Below, one piece after another: positions 57,255-64,000 of a DNA stretch of 64,000 nt. The position numbers and the translations under genes are program-made. Source of the stretch: a bacterium (GTDB lineage Bacteria; Patescibacteriota; JABMPQ01; JBDRIV01); assembly GCA_043815505.1 (NCBI GenBank), contig JBDRIV010000002.1, forward strand, positions 502,943 through 566,942, read 5' to 3'. Each line of letters opens with the position of its first letter. Within the stretch, counting starts at the first letter, position 1. The notes below the pieces were generated by a model, which saw only the letters and a program-made list of their open reading frames with translations, was not told where the DNA came from and did not search any database.

Positions 57255-58525
57255 TAATATTTATTATTCTCATAAATAACCTTTTGGTAAAGCTCCTTAA
57301 ATTTTTCAACTTGTATCTCAGATTTATATACCTCTAGAGATTTTCTTCTGGCACTTCGTCCAAGTATATTGTTTCTTTCCTTATTTTCAATTATCCATTT
57401 AATCCCCTCAGTCAAATCATGAACGTCTTTATAAAATGCAAGATAGCCATTATTTTTGTGATCAATAATATCTTTTATTCCACTTGTCGAAAAAGATACT
57501 GCCGGTGTTCCACAAGCAAATGACTCTAGCAATGTATTGGGCAAATTATCTTGTAATGCTGGAAGAACAAAAACATTGGCGGCATTATAAGCATCAATAA
57601 TCTTATTTTTATCGTTTATTTTGCCTAGTAGAATTGTTTCAAATGGTAAATTATTTAAATCAATATTATTAGCATTACCAAATATTAATATACTTATTTT
57701 ATTATCATTAATATTCTTATCTTCTTTCAATATTGATAGAGCATTTATTAAGTATTTAAATCCCTTCCTTTTTTCACTTACTTTTGCTGCTCCAAATAAT
57801 ATAACAAATTTATTCTTAGCTAATCCTAAATTATTTCTAGCCTTATTTTTGTCACGAGGTTGATAAATATTGGTATCTATCCCGTTTGGTATTAATGACA
57901 CATTATTATCTCTAAAAATATAGCTTTCTTCAACACATTTCTTCATCCATTTTGATAAAACAACAATATGTATTTTTAAATCTTTAAATCCTTCTATTTT
58001 CTTATTAAAACTCTTAAATGATAAATCTCTTTCTGTGTTTGATGCCAATTTCGGGCAATTGCCACAATTACTTTTATATTTAGTGCAATTACCGGAATAA
58101 TGACAACCACCTGTAAAGGGCCACATATCATGTAAAGTCCACACAATTGGTTTTTTTAATTGATTAAGACTAGTTATATCCTTAACAGACAAAAAACCAT
58201 TGTTAATCCAATGTAAATGAATAATATCAGGATTAATCTTCCTTATTTTTATCGTTGTATTGCTCGATAACCTAGATACACTAAATAGTCCACTTTCACG
58301 TTCTTTGTACAAATAAAGTGGGGCATTATCTATAATATTATGAATCTTCGTATAACTTCTTGAAAAAAGACTATTTGGACCAATGACGTTTGGATCCTTA
58401 CTAAGTTTTCGTTGCACTAATATTTTTGACTCAACACCACTGTTTATTAATCCCTCATGAAGCCTGCGAGTTGCAATTGCCGCCCCACCACCAGAATCAG
58501 TTGTGTTAAGTAATAAGACCTTCAT
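57251..58525 (-). CDS. GT4 glycosyltransferase (WcaC-like)
   Basis: GGAAIA, HLHWIN, WTLHDMWPFTGGCHY, DNLPNTLLES. Confidence 0.9.
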   Translation of the reverse strand: MKVLLLNTTDSGGGAAIATRRLHEGLINSGVESKILVQRKLSKDPNVIGPNSLFSRSYTKIHNIIDNAPLYLYKERESGLFSVSRLSSNTTIKIRKINPDIIHLHWINNGFLSVKDITSLNQLKKPIVWTLHDMWPFTGGCHYSGNCTKYKSNCGNCPKLASNTERDLSFKSFNKKIEGFKDLKIHIVVLSKWMKKCVEESYIFRDNNVSLIPNGIDTNIYQPRDKNKARNNLGLAKNKFVILFGAAKVSEKRKGFKYLINALSILKEDKNINDNKISILIFGNANNIDLNNLPFETILLGKINDKNKIIDAYNAANVFVLPALQDNLPNTLLESFACGTPAVSFSTSGIKDIIDHKNNGYLAFYKDVHDLTEGIKWIIENKERNNILGRSARRKSLEVYKSEIQVEKFKELYQKVIYENNKYY

Positions 58526-59256
58526 TATTTTTTAGCTATTATTACAATTCTTGTTGATAAAATTTTATTTTTTAATGGCAAAATCTTTATTATTTGCGAT
58601 ATTAGTTTAATCACAAATCTAGTATATTTTTTAACTTTAGCTGTTTTTTCTAACCACAATCCTGGTTTTCCATAATATAATATTTTATAATATTTTAAGT
58701 TCAGAGAATTCAATATTTTTTTAATATTCTCTATTTTCATCGCTTCCAAATTATGAGCATCATAATTTTTATTATCAAAATATTTTTGCACAAAACCGTT
58801 TAAGCCAAGAAAATTTGGTAATGATATTAACATTATTCCACCCTTTTTTGTTATTTCATAATGCTTTTTATATATGATTTCTAGATTTTGAAAATGTTCA
58901 ATAAATCCAGATGAAAAAACAACATCATATTTTTTGTCAGTTTTATAAGAAATAAATTCTGTCTCAATTAATTGAATAGATTCTTCTTTAATGCTATTTA
59001 TTCTTTCCATTTCTCTTACTATTTTCTCATCAATATAGTAATCAAGTAAAGACACCTCATATCCTTTGTACTTCTTCATATAAACGGAAAATGTTCCTGG
59101 AAATCCACCAATTTCAATAAAACTTTTATTATCTGCTAGAGTTTTAAAAATATCATCAAACATAACCCTATTAACTATCTTAGGCTTATAATTTGACCAG
59201 TATGACTTCCAAAATATTCTATCAGTAATAGAATTGCTTAATTTATTATTTTTCAT
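58525..59256 (-). CDS. Class I SAM-dependent methyltransferase
   Basis: FIEIGGFPG, YDVVFSSGFIEHF, KGG..ISLPN. Confidence 0.85.
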   Translation of the reverse strand: MKNNKLSNSITDRIFWKSYWSNYKPKIVNRVMFDDIFKTLADNKSFIEIGGFPGTFSVYMKKYKGYEVSLLDYYIDEKIVREMERINSIKEESIQLIETEFISYKTDKKYDVVFSSGFIEHFQNLEIIYKKHYEITKKGGIMLISLPNFLGLNGFVQKYFDNKNYDAHNLEAMKIENIKKILNSLNLKYYKILYYGKPGLWLEKTAKVKKYTRFVIKLISQIIKILPLKNKILSTRIVIIAKK

Positions 59257-60160
59257 TAGTAAAATCTTTGATTTTCTGTGAAATTCTTACTCTATATATT
59301 TTCTTAAATTCCCTTAATATTTTAATATTTTCTACCACTTCATTTGAGAATGAATTATTGGAGTACTTAAAATTATTGAGTGTTTTATGTTTTAAATATC
59401 CCCTTTTTCCCCCGTGCGTTCCACTTCCATCTTGACCAATATTATATAAGTAATGTTTTTTAGGAAATAAACAATAGGCATTATTTTTGTAATGTGCGTA
59501 GCACCAGCGAATTGCCCAAGAATCAAGTTGCCCATTTATTTGCTTATTTAACATTCTATTCAAATCTTCTCCTCCTTTGTTAAATATTTTTTGAGCTTTT
59601 TTATCAGTAGAAAACTCCTCAAAGTCTTTTACTTCCCAATCAACTTCTTGCCATCTATTTTTCCATGTTCCCCATCCCCAAGAACTTGCTCTGGGACTAA
59701 AATATGTTTCATACTCTGTTATAGAATCTAAATTTTTATTGACTATTGGATTATAGCCTGTTATAGAATATACTTTTTTATTGTATTTATAAAATTTCAG
59801 TGCTTCGTTCATATAATTTAAGAATGTCTTAGCCACTATTATATCATCTTCCAAAACTATGATATTTCCATATTTGTTTATGACTTTGGTAACACCATCA
59901 ATTACAGAATTAGCCAAACCATAATTTTTATCTCTCGTAAATATTTCAAGGCTTTTAAAACCAGTAATTTTATTTACTATATTTTTTACTGCCGATACTT
60001 TTTTTTCATCTTCTTCATTTTTTGGTCCATCACAAAATATTACTAAATCACTTTTTATTGCTTTTGTATTACCCCGCAATGCTCTTAATGTCTTACTAGT
60101 ATGTTCTGGTCTATTGTACACAAACAGAGTTATTGGTGCCAATTTTTTATCACCTGACAT
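59246..60160 (-). CDS. GT-A fold glycosyltransferase
   Basis: LFVYNRP, FCDG, VLEDD, WGWGTW, DSWAIRW, NIG.DGSGTH. Confidence 0.85.
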   Translation of the reverse strand: MSGDKKLAPITLFVYNRPEHTSKTLRALRGNTKAIKSDLVIFCDGPKNEEDEKKVSAVKNIVNKITGFKSLEIFTRDKNYGLANSVIDGVTKVINKYGNIIVLEDDIIVAKTFLNYMNEALKFYKYNKKVYSITGYNPIVNKNLDSITEYETYFSPRASSWGWGTWKNRWQEVDWEVKDFEEFSTDKKAQKIFNKGGEDLNRMLNKQINGQLDSWAIRWCYAHYKNNAYCLFPKKHYLYNIGQDGSGTHGGKRGYLKHKTLNNFKYSNNSFSNEVVENIKILREFKKIYRVRISQKIKDFTNEK

Positions 60161-61079
60161 GTTTTTGTGATTTTAAGTATGATTTTATTTTCCCGTATGC
60201 AATTATTAACCTTCTAACAATTTTAAGAAAATAATTTTGTCTATAAGGATATTTCCTTCTATTACGAAAAGGAAACATTATTAAACCAACAATAAATAAT
60301 ACAAATCCAATTATTATATGTATAAAACTAGAAAATAATTTATTATTTCGTTCTGGATATATGAATCTGGAATTAAAACTGGTTGCTATAAATCTTTTTA
60401 TAATATATTTAACTTTCATTTTTTCCTCTGTCACCAAATGATAGACAATCAATTTTTTACTGAAATACCTTTTAATTCCATTTTTATAAGCAATCAGTTG
60501 TAGTTTTGTTTCTTCCCCAACCGAAATTTCATTATTGCCTTTCATTCCTAAGTTTAAATCAAATCTTCCAATTTTCTCAAAAACATTTTGATTTATAAAA
60601 ATATTCGAACCCGACAAGAATTTCTTTTTCGTATCAATATAACTAGATTTTTTTAGCGGTTTTCTAATTTCATATTCATCTCTAAACCACTTTGGCTTTT
60701 TTGTTATATAAAATGGATAAATAGGACCTCCAAATATTTCTGGTCTTTTTTTCTTAATTGTTCTATAAGCTATTTCAAGCCAATCATTATTTGCTTTAGC
60801 ATCATCATCAAGAAAGGATATATAATTAGTCTGACATTCTTCTATTCCTTTATTTCTTGCATAACTAAGACCTTGATTTTTTTCAACAACATATCTTAAA
60901 TTAAGCTTATTTTCAAAGCTTTTTGAAATCTCTTTTGTGTCATCAGTTGAATTATTATCAACAACAATAACATCAAAATCACTTTTATCCAGTGTTTGGT
61001 CCACGAGGCTCAAAAGAGCCATTTTAAGCAATTGAGCACGATTATAGGTGCAAATTACTACTGTTATTGATTTATTCAT
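60150..61079 (-). CDS. GT2 glycosyltransferase
   Basis: VVICTYNR, VDNNSTD, GLSYARN, FLDDD, GEET. Confidence 0.92.
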   Translation of the reverse strand: MNKSITVVICTYNRAQLLKMALLSLVDQTLDKSDFDVIVVDNNSTDDTKEISKSFENKLNLRYVVEKNQGLSYARNKGIEECQTNYISFLDDDAKANNDWLEIAYRTIKKKRPEIFGGPIYPFYITKKPKWFRDEYEIRKPLKKSSYIDTKKKFLSGSNIFINQNVFEKIGRFDLNLGMKGNNEISVGEETKLQLIAYKNGIKRYFSKKLIVYHLVTEEKMKVKYIIKRFIATSFNSRFIYPERNNKLFSSFIHIIIGFVLFIVGLIMFPFRNRRKYPYRQNYFLKIVRRLIIAYGKIKSYLKSQKHVR

Positions 61080-61914
61080 TTACTTTGTATAATCTTGATT
61101 TTATGGCTTTTTTCAATTCATTATCACCCAATTTAGAAGAAGTCTCAAGTCCTTTTTTCAATTCATTACATATTTCTATTTTTGATAGATTAGGTAAATT
61201 AGTGTTCAATCTTCTAATATATGCATTGTATTTAGCTAAAATAAAATTCACTTGACCAATAAGCATCTTAGTTGGATCATTGCCTTGTGAATTTGGCAGA
61301 ACTCTGTAATTGTATAATATTTTGTTTAGAAAATATGGTTTTGTAAACTCTTCTAATTTAAAAATAATATCTTTATCTTCTGAGTATAATAGTTTCTCAT
61401 CATAACCTGTTGTTTGATTGTAAATATTTTTCCGAAAAGTTTTAAAATGACTTATTTTGTTAAGATGTAAATTACTTTTTCCTTTTGGAATCTTTTTATT
61501 ATATCCCACATTTCTTTTTGTCATATCACTATTACAATACATAAATTGTGAGTATACAAATCCCAGCTCCGGCTTTTTAGTATAGCATTTTAGAATCTCA
61601 CAAACCGCATTTGTTTTTAGTGAATCATCACTATCCAATATTCCTACAATATCTGTTTCGGCTGCATCAATAAGTTTTATTAGAGTTCCGGTATATCCAA
61701 CATTTTCTTTATTCTGAATTAACTTAATATTTTTATGATCCAAATATGGCTTTATCAATTGTACAGAATTATCCTGAGAACAATCATCAATTATTATTAG
61801 ATTCCAATCTTTACTGTTTTGACTAATAACTGAATTTAAAGATTCCTCAATATACTTTGAGTTATTGTAGTTTGCCATCAATATTGTAATTGAATTTTTT
61901 ATATCTTTTTTCAT
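61072..61914 (-). CDS. GT2 glycosyltransferase
   Basis: ANYN, IDDCSQD, LDSDD, EDKD. Confidence 0.9.
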   Translation of the reverse strand: MKKDIKNSITILMANYNNSKYIEESLNSVISQNSKDWNLIIIDDCSQDNSVQLIKPYLDHKNIKLIQNKENVGYTGTLIKLIDAAETDIVGILDSDDSLKTNAVCEILKCYTKKPELGFVYSQFMYCNSDMTKRNVGYNKKIPKGKSNLHLNKISHFKTFRKNIYNQTTGYDEKLLYSEDKDIIFKLEEFTKPYFLNKILYNYRVLPNSQGNDPTKMLIGQVNFILAKYNAYIRRLNTNLPNLSKIEICNELKKGLETSSKLGDNELKKAIKSRLYKVNE

Positions 61915-62822
61915 TTTTTGTATGAAATACCAATTCCCGCTCCACTATACCAATGATTTGCTGGTTCCTCACTAAAAAACATAAACTGACGATTGTTTTC
62001 TAGTGAAAACTTAGACAATTTATCTGAACAATGACTATTGTCTCCTAAAAGTACTCCTTTTTCAGATAGTTTATTCTTTATTACCTGATATTCCTGATAC
62101 TCATAATTCGGTGAGTGATCACTGTCGTTTATAAAAATGTCTATTTCTTCATCTAGGTTCTTTAGACTTTTAATTGAATCTCCATAAAGTATCTCTCCAT
62201 ACTTTTTATATTTTTCTCCTAAAAGTAGACCACCTTTTGGATTAATCTCTGTACCATAATACTTTCCCTGGTATCCTTCTTTACTATTTTTCATTATTGC
62301 ATAACAAAGCAAGACTGAACCTAATCCATTATAGACCCCAGTTTCTACTACAATTTTAGGTTTCATTTGACGTACTATCGCATACCATCCTAATCGTCTT
62401 CCAAAATCAGATCTTTTATCTGAGACTCTATTTAATTCATTTTCATTTTCCGTTCGCATAATTACATATTCCTTTAATTCTATATCATTTCTAGCCTCAT
62501 TTATGTAGGTTATAATTTTATCATATTTTTCATTAAATATATTAGCAATCATATGTGCTAAATATTCAATATTTTTTTCTGTTAAATCATAAGTAAAATT
62601 AGTTTTTTCTTTTGATTTAACCACCCATTTTAAAATCCTTAAATGCTTTTTTCTCAATCCTTTAGTTGCTTTTACATATCTGGGAAATAGTTGAAGCATT
62701 CTCGAATGAGAAACTTTTCTAATAATATTATAGAAATTAGACTTTTTCAATTTTTCTAGGTATTTCTTGAGTTTTGGATTATTATCAATTTTTCTATAGA
62801 TAGTAGAATTTTTAATTTTCAT
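61911..62822 (-). CDS. Class I SAM methyltransferase (Methyltransf_24-like)
   Basis: KPKIVVETGVYNGLGS, GDS, FINDSDHS, GDN. Confidence 0.85.
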   Translation of the reverse strand: MKIKNSTIYRKIDNNPKLKKYLEKLKKSNFYNIIRKVSHSRMLQLFPRYVKATKGLRKKHLRILKWVVKSKEKTNFTYDLTEKNIEYLAHMIANIFNEKYDKIITYINEARNDIELKEYVIMRTENENELNRVSDKRSDFGRRLGWYAIVRQMKPKIVVETGVYNGLGSVLLCYAIMKNSKEGYQGKYYGTEINPKGGLLLGEKYKKYGEILYGDSIKSLKNLDEEIDIFINDSDHSPNYEYQEYQVIKNKLSEKGVLLGDNSHCSDKLSKFSLENNRQFMFFSEEPANHWYSGAGIGISYKK

Positions 62823-62856
62823 TTAATTACTTTAATTTTTTTAAATACTACCAATT

Positions 62857-63780
62857 TTATTCTGAATACTTAATAATTGTTTCCTTACTAGGCATTGAAT
62901 CAGTTGAATATATATTATCTAAACCAAAACTTTTAAGAATTTGGACTGATTTTTCTATTTCATCATCCGCCACGTGCTCTCTCCAGCCGGAAACTAAATC
63001 ACTTCCGGTATTTAAAGCGCTATTTTCACCAGTCATTGCCGACGGTTTTTTCATAACATTTTTGATTTTAGGATCAAATGGTTTTTTCAAATACTTAAAT
63101 AATCTGGATATTTCATTGTCTGAATCCTGACAAAGATTTTCATAAAATACTAGGTGAACATTTTTTTTCTTTAGCTGACGAAGTGGTATGAAATACAGAA
63201 TGCACCACAAATAAATAAATTCGTAAAAAGTTCCAAAAGATTCTTTTATATCATCTAAATATGGTTGCAAATAATCCTTAATAATTTCTTTTTGGGAAAG
63301 AATTATATCTAGGTCTCTTTTATCTCCCTTAATCTCTTTCCCCCACCCTTTCTCACGCCATGATGATGCCACCGCCAACGGATGTCGAAACAATAATATT
63401 ATTGGTAAATTTGGAAATTGTTTTTCCATCCACCCTAACAATAAATTAGTTCTAATGTCCTTGATAATTCTTTTATTGCTAATGAGCTTTTTATTAAACT
63501 TGTCTGACCATAAATTTCTTATTTTTCCTGTAAATAGATCTTTGACAGGTTTTACAAGTTCCGTACGCTTGTCATCTGGTCTAAAATATTGAATATATTT
63601 ATAATTTTTGAATTCGGGAACCATTTTAGAATTTATTGGTTCAAATATTTCTCTATATTCATTTCTATAATTTATTATTTCTGATAACCAAGTACTACCA
63701 CTTCTTCCCATGCTAGATATAAAGATTGTATTCTCTATTTTATCTCCGTAATCAATAAAATACTTATTTGCTAACTTCAT
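62857..63780 (-). CDS. Sulfotransferase family protein
   Basis: 5'-PSB GRSGSTWL, IFEP, 3'-PB RHPLAVASS, VFYENL, W-rich C-terminus. Confidence 0.88.
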   Translation of the reverse strand: MKLANKYFIDYGDKIENTIFISSMGRSGSTWLSEIINYRNEYREIFEPINSKMVPEFKNYKYIQYFRPDDKRTELVKPVKDLFTGKIRNLWSDKFNKKLISNKRIIKDIRTNLLLGWMEKQFPNLPIILLFRHPLAVASSWREKGWGKEIKGDKRDLDIILSQKEIIKDYLQPYLDDIKESFGTFYEFIYLWCILYFIPLRQLKKKNVHLVFYENLCQDSDNEISRLFKYLKKPFDPKIKNVMKKPSAMTGENSALNTGSDLVSGWREHVADDEIEKSVQILKSFGLDNIYSTDSMPSKETIIKYSE

Positions 63781-63781
63781 A

Positions 63782-64000
63782 TTATATTTTTATCCAATCT
63801 TTAGGCAATAGATCCTTAATGTCTTTATTGCCAGCCTGAAACCAAACTTTGGGAGCAATTACAATTTTATGTTCATTTTTATTCAACCAAGCGCCCCACC
63901 AACTAAAAGAACTGTTAGCTATAATTTGATGTTCACATCTGCTCATTAATACTAAATCTATATGACCAGGATTATTAAAGAAGTATGTTTCATATTCCGT
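63782..64000 (-). CDS. GT11 alpha-1,2-fucosyltransferase, C-terminal part (truncated by window edge)
   Basis: DLVLMSRCEHQIIANSSFSWWGAWL...IAPKVWF...PKDWIKI. Confidence 0.9.
   Translation of the reverse strand, partial: TEYETYFFNNPGHIDLVLMSRCEHQIIANSSFSWWGAWLNKNEHKIVIAPKVWFQAGNKDIKDLLPKDWIKI

Noticed and set aside
160-57863. Numerous 60-130 aa ORFs overlapping long genes in the ORF track
   Set aside because: Antisense or alternate-frame shadows of well-supported genes

Overview
AT-rich bacterial chromosome segment using genetic code 11 (TGA acts as a stop). The gene set suggests a Patescibacteria/CPR genome, probably Parcubacteria/ABY1-like; this is inferred from two DUF4012 genes, murJ-lepA and prfB-ftsEX linkage, an FG-GAP L,D-transpeptidase, retained rplI and SD-less housekeeping genes. 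Housekeeping and envelope genes include murJ, lepA, ftsB-like, prsA-like, frameshifted prfB, ftsEX, ahcY, fmt, def, priA, tagA-like, gltX, an M23 peptidase, iscS-like, rpmA, pyrG, rplI, acyP and ctpA. There are two tRNAs and an FMN-like riboswitch. About 26 kb (37.8-64 kb) holds surface-glycan genes, ending in a very AT-rich block with methyltransferases, a sulfotransferase and a GT11 fucosyltransferase. The most unusual region is 12.4-17.4 kb, with two parts. (i) A ~450-bp GIY-YIG mini-element is bracketed by a duplicated tRNA-Gln 3' end and REP-like inverted repeats. (ii) A tandem array of small self-contained transcription units follows, typically built as sigma70 promoter, often a boxA-like GTTC(T/A/C)TTA motif, strong GGAGG-type SD, short orphan ORF and long hairpin/U-tract. 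Three of these peptides carry all or part of a YxxPx(L/I)xxxG RiPP-leader-like N-terminus. A candidate two-state RNA switch precedes the flippase operon at 44.3 kb. All calls come from reading the sequence by eye; no searches were run.
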